From Acanthaster planci (lineage: Eukaryota): a stretch of DNA of 41,337 nt. The translations under genes were made by a program, and so were the position numbers. How positions within the stretch are numbered: the stretch's first letter is position 1; every line of letters begins with the position of its first letter. The notes below the pieces were generated by a model that made no database searches, was not told where the DNA came from, and saw nothing but the letters and a program-made list of their open reading frames with translations. Below, piece after piece: positions 1 through 13,429 of this stretch. The stretch covers positions 2,611,838 to 2,653,174 of the forward strand of contig NW_019091362.1 of assembly GCF_001949145.1 (NCBI RefSeq), read 5' to 3'.

Positions 1-1260
1 TCAGGAGAAGTTCCATGATTCGGCAAAGTTTATCATCAAGTAAGTAAACTATATCACTCTGAACAACATGACCGATACACAGTTTTAGAGTCCTGCACGT
101 TCCACCAACCATCAACAGTAATAAGACAAAGATTCGAAGAATACGTGAACTTGACAAAGTTACTTTGTTTAAAGTGAGTTCTCAAGAACATAAAAACAGA
201 ATTTACCTCAGTTTAAGATTCTCTGCAGTACATGCACACGTAGAAAAATAACAGATACAATTCCCACGCCCGACAGGGGAAACCTCTCACAATTGGTGCA
301 GGATGGAGATTGAGATTCGAATACTGTGAACGAACACGTGCCACTCAAGGTATTGGTACATATGTACATGTATGTCTTGGTCACAGAAACCTATAAGCAG
401 GAACAGCTGATTGTAACAGGGTTAAAATGGAAAATTGTCCCTTCAACTCTCTTGTCTCCAAGATTGCCATCCTCTGGAGGTTTCGAGTCTCGAGTCCATG
501 GGGCTAATGACGGGTGTGACTGGCAACACAGGAGCGGGTGGCTCTTAAAATTCCCAGCCGCTATCTCATTACTCAACATTTACATTCTGATGATCTCCGG
601 GTTGGGAGACAAGAAGGCAAAATATGCACTAATTACCCTCACCCAGGATCTCCTGACAAGTTTCAGATCACCAGTGATATCAAAATATTGACCAATTTGA
701 GGCCTTGTGGTGGGGGGAGGGTCTGCCTAATTGGGCAGTGGCCCTGGAGCTGAATGGACAGCATTTCCACAGAAGTTCACCTGCTCAAAGATTGCTGTTT
801 TTAATTTGTTTTGGGGGTGCAAGTGCCTGCCTCTGTGTGTGTGAATAACTTCAAGGTGCAGGCTATAAGGACAGATGATGTACCGGTATGATATGTAATC
901 TTGAAAGGAAACCTGCTGAACACCAGCTCCACCTCCTTCAAATCTATATGGACATTTTGGAGGATCTTGTCCCACTGAGGAATACAGACCCCATCCACTA
1001 TCACTGTTACATGTGAGGATTCACTGACAATCTGGCCCTTGAAGTGCACTCACCTTTACATCACATGTACGTACATGTACCTAACGTGGGTATTCATTTG
1101 TTTTTGAGGAGTTAAAACATAGAAAATGCTTAATGTTCCATCAATCAGAACATTATTTCAAGCTGGATTTTCCTTGATGGGTTCCATGACTGCTCCTCTT
1201 GATTTTGCCATGGATAATCATGCCCAAAAACGACCTGTTACAGTGTACATGTGTGCTTAC

Positions 1261-1296
1261 CTATGGCAGTGAGATAGGACGCGAACCATTGAGTCC
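1261..1296 (-). other. Candidate 36-nt cassette exon in the intron of the minus-strand gene
   Basis: Minus strand reads ttttgtgttttccctgtag|GGACTCAATGGTTCGCGTCCTATCTCACTGCCATAG|gtaagc: strong acceptor and donor. No expression evidence. Confidence 0.35.
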
Positions 1297-1854
1297 CTAC
1301 AGGGAAAACACAAAATGTGACCAAAATGTGACGTCATTATGTTTTAATTGAACTGCCTCTAAAAACTGTGTTTTCAAGTCCACACAAGGCTCACGCAACC
1401 TGCATTATGTGGACATAAAACAATCTCTTGGAGTGTGTTGCTGAGTTCCTGCACATTGGTTGGTTTGGGATTCAGGAAGGCCCCGAAGTACAGACTTGAC
1501 CCAACCTAAAAATAAAATGAGTAACAAGTCGCCAGAGCAACTGGTTAAAGGATTTTCAATATACCTTGCACAAAAATAAATAGGAACCCTCATCAGGATG
1601 TCAAACTAAGTTATGTGCATGCACAGGTGCTTGTACATGTACATCAAGACAAGGAGTACAGTTCTCTCTTTCTAAATGAAAACCGGAACAAAATTACTCG
1701 ATAAAAATCGTTTAACAATTCTTTTTGTGGAATCCAGTCACAAATTCTTGGGGCTCTAAAACTGACTGAGTACATTACAACAGAATGTCAACATTGTCAA
1801 TTAGAATGGGAAAATTTGTGGGAAAAAAAATCATTTCACATCACACACACATTT

Positions 1855-2055
1855 CACAAGGTGTGAACATAATTTCCCACTTGTATGAAAAGGTGTGAAA
1901 ATTTTTCCCTACTTGTGTGGAAATGTGAAAACATATATTCCCACTTGTGTAAAAATCTATGAACATTCTTTTCCCAAATGTAGGAATATTTGTGAATGTG
2001 TTTCTTTCCACTTTGGGAAAGTCTGTAAAAATCTTTTCTCACTTTGGGAAAAGTT
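1855..2055. repeat. Degenerate tandem repeat, unit about 31-33 bp
   Basis: About 6 diverged copies of a gtgaa...ttcccacttgt...aaa-like unit; explains spurious ORF 1854-2228. Confidence 0.6.
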
Positions 2056-5000
2056 TTTTTGTATTTTGTGACATGAAAATTAGTTCCCTTGAAAGAGAAA
2101 AGTTCATTCCCGTCTTTTTTTCTGTGACATGCTTTATTAGATAGGACAGTCAACAAGGCACCTTTTGACAACATCATCACCAGACACTGCAACATCCAAT
2201 CTTCCGGTTTAACGTCCGCTTCCCTCATTCTTCATGATTTAAAACCGAAACAACATGATTAACCGTTTATTGAATGAGTCATATCTCATTTGCCACGTGA
2301 TACACGTACGAATGTCCAGTCTTAAATAAAATGACTCATAATTTATTTTAAATTAATGCCCACTTCACTGGCTTTAATATCAAATTTATTCTAAGAATAT
2401 TCACAGAAAATTTATTGCCAAGAGGCAACTGGATTTACATTCATTCAGTTACAATTACCACATTTTTTCTTTCCAATATTTTATGGAATTCTTTGACATA
2501 ACTATATCTCCCATGCAAAACTATTTTATTCTGAACAAAATATTCTGAAGTAGAATCTTCAGAAGCAATCAAATTTATCAGTATGGACACAAAATTCCTA
2601 GCAAAACAGCAAACTGAACCTTGATTTCTTGACACGACGACACTCGTCGGCAAATCATCTCAAAACCTGTAAAGACTGCCTCAGCCTGGAGGATCAAACA
2701 TCATAATTAAAATGGAAAATTCACCGAGACAGGCTAGAGTTTCAAATTAACAAACGTGGGCGTCCCTGACCTGCCGCATTCCAGAATAGCACCGATTCCT
2801 CTCCACTTGAAGGGACTGCCTGACAGCACGACCACAACCCGGCACTTTCAAATACAAGTTTGGGTTTCCACAGGATACTGTTTCAATGAGGACAGGGAGT
2901 TCGGTGTCAATCACAGAAATTGAAGTGTATTTGCACGCATTTTCCCTGGTCGTTCACTGTGAACATTGTCAGCAAAGGGAAAATGAAATATAAACAGCAC
3001 AAACACAATGAAGAGTTTTTAAAAAAGACAATACACAAATGCCAAAGGAAAACAAACAATGGTGAGTAAAACCAAACAAATGTTAACAAAAAATAAAAAG
3101 ATTCAAACAATTCAAAAATGTTGACAAGTACTCAAAAAATTACAATAAGAAAATAAAAGATGGAAAAGCTTTAAAATGAGAGTAGGTATCCAATGAACAG
3201 TTACAAAGAAGACATTAATTACATGTACAAACATACAAATAAACAATTTCATAAACAAAAATTGGCAAACAGCAAATTGCAAATTAAGAGCATAATTCCA
3301 ATTACAACAAAACTACAGCTAGACATGTCTGCAGCATTTTCAGTGCAGGCAGGAAACTCCCCACAAAGTTCAATGACCTGTTAATCTCATTAGCACACAG
3401 CACAGATCCATGAAATCAATTTATGGCAGGCGTTATTTGATCTGAGCACATCCACTCATTAAGTAATTACACATAATGCATAAATGCACATATTGATTTG
3501 TTACGCTGCATTCAGCAAATTGCTTTAATGTGCAACTATTTCAAAAACAGTTTCAAGTTACACGTGGAAGTGTGTTTGGAGCTGTGCAAATTTACTACAA
3601 AGAATAGCCTTTTTAAAAATTGGACTGTTTAATTCACCTGTGAGCATGAAAAAGCTTGGACAATAAAACAGGAAGCAAACATTTTATACAGTTTGGTTTT
3701 CCAAGACCTTACACTCACATTTGATCGGTCAACTACAAAGGTGTGGCATTTCTCATCTGAACTTGACAAAGCCTTTTGAAACTACCGGTATTAGAACTCG
3801 AGGTTCCCAATTTCACCAAAAATAATCTGAATTCTGATCTGTCCTGTAATGGTTTCTTCAATGCTTTATACAGTTCAGCGACTGAAGCCAATCTGATCAT
3901 AAATGTCTGCGACCTCTAGTGCATAGCAACATCACTAGTGTGCACCACTGAAACAAGATTTTAATTTGTTATTGCTGAACTGTTTATAAAAATCTACACA
4001 ATACATGTGGGATCTCCAAGAAGGTGATGAGAATTTTTTTTCTCCCCCATGAATATTGCAGAAGCTGTAGCACTAGCCCATCTCTTGATATACACGTGTA
4101 TATGAAGATGTCCGCTGGGTTGTCTGGCCTGCATCGTGGCACTGTGTGGATTCCTACCCCGCGGAACAACAAGCCTGGACCATTAACATCCTTTTATCGA
4201 ACACGGATCAGCAAAATATCAGGTTCAACTCAGCTGCAAGAGGAGATATGCTACTACACACATACTGTGTGTGGCTGATAATCTGAGAACATGAAACGGT
4301 TGCAGGCAATTTGGGCTCTCCTTTTAGTGAGGGTTGCTTGTCCCTGACAATACTGTTGATAATCCTCCCAGGAGAGACAGAGAGCAGATTGAGTCAGTAG
4401 ATCTTGCATTTTTTGTTATCAGACTCTAGATTTTCTTTCTTCCATTTTTTTTTTCAGCAGGAAACAGTTTCAAAGTGTCTGCTTGCGAATCAGCATCTGT
4501 CATGACTGATGACACTTTTATCTCCCAAGGCACATTCTTTTTTTTTTTCTTTCTTTTTTTCCCCCATAACACTTACAAGCATCTTCCCTTCATTTTGATG
4601 ATTAATCCTTCGTAGCATTTTTATTCCACACAAATATACCATAATAGAATGGTCAAAAGCTTAGTGTCTTTTTTCCTGGCTCCAGGCCTACATGTAGTTT
4701 GGGTATCACATTTTTTTGGAGACCACTACAAATAAAGGTCTATAAATGCAAAGTTTGCTGAAGCCAATGATCAACAGCAGCACTGAGCCTGTTGATTGGT
4801 CAATAACTGTCAGCTGACTAAAACCACGTTTGGTTGATACTTGCTGATTGGTTACACTCTGGAGGTCCAAACCGCAACAAACTGTAACAATTTATTAATC
4901 ACTGAATCTGCACATTGATATAAAAGTTCACTGGATAAGGGCATTCTCTGCAGACTACCATACGTGTACATCAAACCATCTCTGATTCAAGATTCAGTAC

Positions 5001-8000
5001 ATGTAAACGTGTACAGGAATAAAGAGAGACAAAGACTGTTGCTTTAATATCATCTCAACGCATCATGTACATGTACATTTCTACACATATCTTGCCCACA
5101 GTGCATATACCGGTATGCTTACATTTTTTCCATATTGAACATTCATGTACAGTGTACATAAATTTACATCAGTTCTTATGAAAAGACAACCGAGGGTAAA
5201 TCTGAACTTCTACAATGCTTCATGGATCATTAATTACAGCACCACCAAGGCAATCGATAATGTGTACATGCTGCCTTAATTATGTGTGGTATTCACGAGT
5301 GAGTTTGGATCTGTGCCAGCTCGATATTGATGTCCTCATAATGCATCTGGAGACATCCGGGATATCTACACGTAAAGTGTAGGAACCACAGCACAATGGT
5401 GATTTTGATGTCTGTGAGATTGCTCCTGGGCAGACATGTAACAAATTTTAAGGCTACAAATTTTACCAGCTTGGGATTCGCACCTACCAGTATTGGCATA
5501 GTGTTAACATACTTTATCTATGATAATACATGTACTAAGCCAAGTGCATCTATATGCAAATACGCACATAATGTACATGCATGTACCTGAGTGTCTTTAT
5601 ATGGTCTCAGGCGTCATCCTTCAATGAGGCAATTTGTGCCTTAGATTAAATTTACACAATTTTGAGCTGTGTGAAAAAAAAGGTCCTTGTAAAAGTTATC
5701 AGAGGTGCTGGTAATCCACTCCAAGCGGAACAAAAGAAGGTGTGTTTTAGGCGCGCCATGAGGTGTGCAAGTATATGCGCGTTTGACGTGGAGCACGCTG
5801 AGTACGCATAATTAATTTACTCCAGCATGTTTGGTCTTTGCGTACACGCAGAACGCAGGCAAGAACCAGCTTGTGACCACATGTCCTTCTTTTGCCAATC
5901 GGGGGAGGGGGGTGCACTTCAGCTCGGGGCGGATTGTTAATATTATCTAAGAAAAAGTACACACTAAAGGTACCAACCCAAAGGTTTGCTGCACTAAGCA
6001 TAGGTGTATATCATTTTACAGCCCATTCCAGGGTCTTCGTATGTCTCCCAGTGCAGGGAAGGCGACTCCTCTGCTTTCAGCAACTTTGCGTGCGCCTGTG
6101 TGCTGTCAAATTAAACTTAATAACGTGGTGACATTTCCACAAGAGGCTATCCAGGGATGCCCTGCCTAGTAGAGTTCACGTCTTCGTGCTGCGGCATCAG
6201 GGATGCCGTTGTACCAGTGGCTCTTTAAATCTGCAGAGTCAGGTTAAACTTAACAAGAACACTGAGCCCTCGAACAGTATTTAAAAATTGGGTGCCCAAA
6301 TTTACCTGGCATAGATTTTAACACAGTATCCAGGTTGCATAATTGTTATGCTTACTGAACATAGGCCTACACATGCATACATCTGGAATAAAAATAGGCC
6401 GACAGGTTGTCCAAAAGACACAAAAGTTTGCTGGCTGAAACCTTGACTCCCTGATAAGTTACAAGAACAAATGAGGCTTGGATATTTACATGCTAAGAAA
6501 TTGCGAACCAATGGTATTTTAAAACCAAACTATTCGCTACAGACCTATTGACAATTCAGGTCAATGTAAACTTTTTTGAGAAACAATTAATAGCTATATT
6601 TGACAGATTTCATCACAAGCCCCAACTTGGTTCATTCTGCTCAAACAACTGCCCAACAATTCCTCAACAGAAAGATGCATTTTCCTCCACTGAATCCATT
6701 TTAGTTAAATTTCCTTTGAAGTGAAAAGAACAGTCTCAAAGGAGTCCTTACTTGAAAGCTACAAGTTAGAATTAAGCATTAAATGATGAGCTCTAGTTTA
6801 CCTGACAAGAAATTTTTCAACTACTGAACCACTCTCTTTTTGTTCAATAAAACCCCACGCATCTTTTTATTCCTGTTTTCACTGCGCTCCCCCGAGAACA
6901 CACTTTTATAATGTGTTTTGAACTAGGTTGAGTACAGCAGGCAACCAATCACAGACCTTTCACACTTCATCTGTCAAGATTGCTCTCCCTTCTCTTTTCC
7001 CAGGACACTCCAAACGTCTTCACGGTTATTCGCTATCACGTCAGGTGGGAATAGGGCATTGACTTCATCCAAAATTGGGGGCTCGTAAAAGGTCAGCCTG
7101 TCTGTGCCAAGGCAGGGATCCAATGCTTTTTCAAATGTGCAATGAAATTGACTGAGTCCACATCAGCATCGACCACCAAAACACAAGCAGATCGTAAATA
7201 CCTTTGTCAAAACACTTTCTCAAGCTGGGGTGACTTTTCTACCGTATATGTACATTTCAAAATTCAGCTTGTAACGACATGTGGTGATTAAGTTGACTTT
7301 TCATCAGCTTGATGTTAATACTTTGCTATTTATTTAATTTTTTTCCCCCCGGGGGACAACAAAATTACGACAGCTTCATTTTTTAAAGTGCTGGTTATGT
7401 CATGATGAGGTGCTTGCTAGTTACCACTTGTTCAGCTCATTCTGATCACAGTTGGGTCCCAATTTGGGATCATTCTGTGGCCAAAAAATAGCAAAGTGAG
7501 AGAAGGTGGTCACATTCTTGACACGTCTCTTGGATTCTGGACTGTGGAGCGGCTTGGGTCTCATGGCGAAGCAAACCAAGGGATGCCAGAGTTTGCAAAT
7601 TCTCAGCATTTAGATTAATTTCACCAAACTTTTCATTTATCAAATACCCTGGAGAATCTTCAAGGAAAAATTGAATGAGCCCCTCCCCCCAAAAAAGGCT
7701 TGAAATATTTTGGGAGGGTCAATCGAAACATAGAATAAAAAGTCTTTTTGCTGGAAGTCTGCTGTTGGCACAGTTTGATAGCTGCTGTGCAATGTTGAAA
7801 GTAGCATAATATTCTGGAAAGAAAGGTGAGGACTGCATGGTACTTGTCTGTTGAAGAACAGAATCCCAATCCTCTTATAGAATACTGAAGTAAATACTTG
7901 TGTAAAGTTTACGTGTGTAAAGTTCCACGTATGTGTGTAAAGGCAAGAAAGTGAGACCCAGCACATAAACCAACACCTGCGCATACTCCAATTGTTTGCA

Positions 8001-8081
8001 CTACACTTCCTGGTTCACATGACATCTTGCTTTTGTACTCAATAGAAGGTATTTTTAACAGGAATCCTTCAGCAAATTCAC

Positions 8082-8259
8082 CAATATGAGCGATTCACAA
8101 TAGTGCACCACCAAGAGTTTGCAACGCATTGGCCAATCAGAACGTGTGAAATTTGTCGACCCTTTCCAAACGCACAATGGGTCGACAAATTCCGCGCATT
8201 GTGATTGGCCAACGCTTGGCAAACTCTTGGTGGCACACTAGTGTGAAACAGCCGTATTG
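8082..8259. mobile_element. Palindromic MITE-like element
   Basis: Arm 8082-8162 (caata...ttcacaatagtgcaccaccaagagtttgc...ttggccaatca...aatttgtcgaccc) is the imperfect reverse complement of 8179-8259; 16-nt spacer. Confidence 0.75.
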
Positions 8260-9418
8260 ATGTGGCTCATGAAACAATATTTCAACTTGATTTTGACACA
8301 TGAGCTACACATGAGATTTCAGATTATTTTCAGTATGTTTATACTCGCCATCTCAAGAATATGCTGATGGCAAAACTTAATTCTTTTCTTGAAAATATAA
8401 AAGTGATACTGTCTTCCTTGGCGAAAACTCGCTATGCTACAGAATTATTCCAGGGTACTTTCCGAGTTTCAACATCTTCCAGCATGCACTATATGAGTAT
8501 GTACAGCAAGCACAATCATGTACCAACACGGAACCGTGATAACACTAGATAAGGAGAATACACAATATGCATGCAGTGGGATAAGGTTGAAGGGATTTAA
8601 ATTCCTTCTGCAAAAGTCAAATTCCGATCTGTAAATCACAGTGAAATTGATCACCTCTGCAGCTTAAAATGATGAAATTCACAATGTCGTGAAAGGGACT
8701 GGCCCCAAAATTTACCACTGTGATATCCCTTCAGAGCTTCTATGATATTGCTAATTCATCCTACGTACTTACTTACAAAGTCAAACTCTAGGACAAAGGC
8801 ATACATGTATGTACATGTACATGTACATAGTGTACATTTGTACAATGAATGGGTCCCATGGCACACCTCTGTCAACACTTGCGTGTATGATCACAGTATA
8901 TTTTGACAGTTAACACATACTGTAACATCACACCCTGAGAAAGCCCCAGGAGATTCCTTTTTTTTTCCCTTTAAGCATCGGCAACATCAATGCAGCAATA
9001 TATCCACCAGTGCGTGTTATTACATGGACTCACTTCAACCACAATAATTGAAACAGTGCCTCGACTTTTTTTCTCTTAGGGTAAGGTACACACCCTTCAC
9101 CTTACAGCCCAGGTAGGACGCATACTGTTAAGTCCACCGCTCTGAAATGTCAGAAGAGTACTACACATGTGTACACTTGACCGTATTCCTCATTTCAACA
9201 ACTACATGTATGGTCTTCTTTTTTTTTAATTTTTCCCCACAAACATATGCCGCACATATGTTCTGGTAAGAAAAGTACGACCAACTCCACAGGGGCAGCC
9301 CAATTACAGTACTGTAGGTGAGAACACTGACCACAAGTGGGCAATTGCAGTTCATGTTGAATTCAGTAACACCAGTAGCCATTTGGACAAGCACAAAATG
9401 TCAGAGTTGAAGAGAAAT

Positions 9419-9658
9419 GGGTAATTCCAGATATAAGGGGTCCAAAAGTAACATTTTTGTGTCCCTGTTACATCTGACCTTTGTTATTTGACAAGGAAAT
9501 GTCACCGGAATTGATTTCAAACTATTACTATCTGTTTGGCAGGTAATTTGCATTAATTTATCACCCTTGGAAGTTAGAAAATGTGTTTTGAACTTACAAA
9601 ATCATAAGTCAGATGTAACAAGGAGACACAAAAAATGGACCCCTAATTTCTGGAATTA
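9419..9658. mobile_element. MITE with ~55-bp imperfect terminal inverted repeats
   Basis: Left gggtaattccagatataaggggtcca...tttttgtgtccctgttacatctgac; right gtcagatgtaacaaggagacacaaaaaatggacccctaatttctggaatta. No clear TSD. Confidence 0.7.
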
Positions 9659-12045
9659 GAGTCTGAATAAAATTCACTGACTTTTATTAATGTACCGGTA
9701 TGTCGTCTGACCACGTTGTATCACTTTCCAAATTAATAACAGTTTCCTTGCTCAGTGGCGTTCCCGCCCCCCTGTCCGCCAAACAGGCATCCAGGTAATT
9801 AGACAAGTCATCTCGGTACAATTGATTATTTGCCAGGACCCTCCGATCTGGTGACATCAGCCTCGCATAAAATGAATACATAGGGGAAAGAGTGGCAGGG
9901 AATGACCTTTTGACATAGTACTGGGCTGTAGAAAAGCTGGGCTGTGGAAAAGCTGACCGTCTGGCCACTTGGCCAAAGATCTAAGATTCAGGGTTTGGCA
10001 TTTCCAAAACTGCAATGTCTATGATCAAGCGATCAGTAGTACACACTTTGCTAAGCATGCCATTCTCCAGGTATGTACATGTACATCCTCCTGGCACATG
10101 TACCGATATGGTAGTGACACAGGGATACATACATGTACCGGTACCCTGTACGGGCAGTATGCATGTCAATTCACTGTACTGGTACATGAGTTTTTCAAGA
10201 TGATATTATTCCCAGTGGGTTCAACCTTTACATGTACATGTACTTTCCCTATTAAAGAAGCAAAACTTGTGTGAAAAGAATTTAGTAAAGAAGTGAGCAA
10301 GTTTTATTGACAATGGTTCCCTGTATAAACATCTAAGCCATTCTCAAACAAGTCCAACAATTCTGGAAAAATAGAACAAACATCGTTACAAATTATGACA
10401 CCAATTTCCTGTCTTTTAAGTGTTTTTAAACATTTTTCAAACCTAAAAAATCTACATTTATCCTCCAGAATTACGATTACCCCTTTAATGGAAAGATCTT
10501 CACACAAGAAAAGAAATGAGAATATTAGGGATGGATCAATTGAGGACTTGAGGAAGTAACACGTAGACCCACAGACCAAGCGGGAATGCAGTGAAATTCT
10601 ACCCAAATTGAGCGTGACTCCTCCTGTGAACAAGGGAAGAGAAGGGGAACAAAAAACAAAAAAAAAAGGAAAGGAAGATATATCACCACCGTGCCGATTG
10701 AAAGGTTAGATGAGAAGCTCAGGAGATGACGCATCCACTTGGCCTCAACCTAAGAAACAGGGGTCAAATGGTCAAGTTTATGAAAGATATGCACCCCTTA
10801 ACTTACACAACACCCAGGATGTTAAGATCCCCCAAGTTTAGGATTTTGATTAACTGCTTCTTTTTCGATTTTGGGTTTGATTAATCAACGCAGCTTTTTT
10901 TTTCTGGTAATTTTAATAAGGGAATAAATATATGCTTGGCCTGTCTTAAACATGCGTTTAAGATCAGCTCAGGAGAATGGACACGACAAATGCCCAAGCC
11001 ACAGGTGAGGGAATTATCAGCGTTCCTTCTTCCTGAGTTAGTTTAAGACTGGCCAAGCACATACATGTGTTTACGTGTATTCCCATTCATAAATACCTTC
11101 TTCATAGTTAGAAAGTCAACAGAATTCAATATATGAGGGATATCCAGTGATTTTGTTCTAGAATTTTACTTGGATTTTCTCAAACACCCCTTCCATTCTA
11201 TGGAATATTCCTTGTGCAAATTGTCCAATTGGCACCCACATGGTGAGCCATGTGCACACAGACTCGTGACCAATCAGAATCAATTAAAGCTGTCTTGTAT
11301 CCGGGTGCCAGTGCGTGCTTTACATAGTGGGCATTATCAAATATTGATACAGTCGAGTTGCGCAATGTTGAATAGGAAGACTGTCTGAGGTACTTATGAA
11401 TCAACAGTAACAGCGGCTCAATCTGAGGATTATTTAGCGAAAGTATCTATGGTTGTAAGTCAATTCATCCACTGCAATATCAGGCCGCAACCTTTCTTCG
11501 TGGTCATTTTTCCTTTCTTTGCTTGAGAATATTTAAGATTTTTGGTCAGGAACATTACAGGCCACTTGTGCCTTCTGAAAGGAAGCTTGTATTTTCACAG
11601 AGTTGTTTCTGATTTTAAATTGAATAGAAAAATGTAATCAAATAATTGAGAAATAAATTGATTAATCACGACATTTTAAATTTTGCAGTTCACGTGTCAG
11701 CCTGTGTGCATGAAGCACATCACTGGAAATGACATGAATTTCTGGCGGATCTGTCCTGAGAGAAGGTGGGTGCTACATGTACATGTAGCTCAACAACAAA
11801 ATGTCTGACTCTCACAAAATTGGCATCAAAATGACCGCAAGATATTACTGAATATATCCTAAGGCTTGGTGCACCAAAAAACACTGCTATGATGTAAAAA
11901 ATGTCTAGGGAGGTCAGGGGTGAAATATGCACTGGTACCCTCCTCCAGCTCTTTTAGTTTTGGAGTTTTTAATGCTGTTCAAGATACCGGTAAGAGAACA
12001 GTTTAATGAAGCACAGGTCTCGAAATTAGCACAATCTAATCTCAG

Positions 12046-12094
12046 AGGCACCAATTTTTCACTCCTGGTTGCAGAGAGGTAATTACAGTGCCTC
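12046..12094 (-). mobile_element. Possible SINE central-domain remnant
   Basis: Minus strand acctctctgcaaccaggagtgaaaaattggtgcc resembles the cctctctccacccaggtgtataaatgggtacc segment I recall from metazoan tRNA-SINEs; short and diverged. Confidence 0.25.
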
Positions 12095-13212
12095 TACCAG
12101 ACCACAGCAATGGTAAACTTGGATTGCTGTGATCATCTTTGGTGACAGATACAATGTGGCGCTATTCCTTCCATTGCATGTAACTACATGTAGCTATTTC
12201 GTCAGCAAAATTGAAATACCACAAAAATGCCAGTGTTTGCTGTGACTGTAAAGGTACGTATACAGGTATTTCTTTCTGTTCCAAACTTGACAACATCTTC
12301 TGTTGGTAGTATTAAACTATAGCATTCATCAAATGTGTTTCAGGGGTACGGGACATAGCTCCACAAAGTAGTTGTTTGCCTGACAGAAGGGCCACCAGGC
12401 ATGCATTTGAAACACAACTCAGATTAAAACAGCTTGTCCAATACGCTCTTCTGTCAGGCAGAAGGTGGGATTTCCAGTCTCCATTTTTTCCCTTTCTCAA
12501 AGTCTGCATAATCCCAAGGCACCAAATTGTATCAAATACCCCAAGATGCATGCCGTTATGCATGGGTATGCATCAGATGGTTGGTCACGTGTAATCATGC
12601 GAATTCAAATATAACCGTATCTCGATTAACTCCAGGCCTTCATTACATCCCCCTTCATTTATGACAAATGTGGACAAAGCGTGCAAGCAGCAGAACGGAG
12701 TAAAGATAAACTGCCAAGTCGTTGCAGTTCATTACCTTCAAATAATTACCGCAGATACCCGGTATGTCTGTGCAATGCATCCCATATGATGATGGCGCCA
12801 CAGGACTTTTTATGCCTCTCCAATATATTGCTGATGACTGAACCGGGTGTTTTTGTTGTAATTTTGAAGCACAGATCACGTTCTTTAAGCTTGAAAGATT
12901 TTGTTTCATTTGGTGACTCCTTCAGAATACAACTACCAAAGCTACAAGAAATAGTAATATTGTGTGATTGAAATTCAATATGTTTACCACTTTTCACAAA
13001 ATTGTACGAAGAGTGTTGTTAAGTGCATTTTTCTCTTTTTTATATAAAAGTAATAATTTGTAATGTGAACGGCTAATTCTAAGTAATTGCCTTGAACATC
13101 CTATAGGCCTATATCTCTTTTGTGCAGCATTCCCCTCTGATTCAATTCTGCATGTACAAACAGATTTGAAATTCGTAATTCTGGGCCTCGGGTATATTTT
13201 TCTCTATGGGCA

Positions 13213-13429
13213 CAGTGGCATACATGTAGCTAGAATTTTACTAGTGGAGGAGGCACAAAGGCACTAGCATCTTAGGGGGGGTTACCAGCTTTCAGTGGTG
13301 TGGTTTTTGAGGGCAAGTTATTGTTAGCCTTGTTCAATATCCACTCATCCTTTTTTTTTTTTCAGTGGGGGGGGCACCGGGAATTTGTGGGGGGCACGTG
13401 CCCCCTTAACCCCCACCACTACACCACTG
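13213..13429. mobile_element. hAT-like MITE
   Basis: Ends cagtggcata[catgta]gc ... actacaccactg; subterminal ggggggcacgtgcccc; 8-bp flanks tatgggca / cctgggca (6/8 identical, decayed TSD). Confidence 0.7.

Noticed and set aside
391..1049. Minus-strand ORFs with EIAAGNFK and WDKILQNVHIDLKEVEL as possible CH-domain exons
   Set aside because: Resemblance is limited to a few residues, the following sequence does not fit a CH domain, and suitable splice sites are absent.
1854..2228. 124-aa minus-strand ORF
   Set aside because: Runs through a degenerate tandem repeat; no recognisable domain.
9687..10633. ORFs 9687-9968, 9969-10274 and 10304-10633
   Set aside because: No splice-consistent boundaries or domain similarity; one is made of TACATGTA-type motifs.
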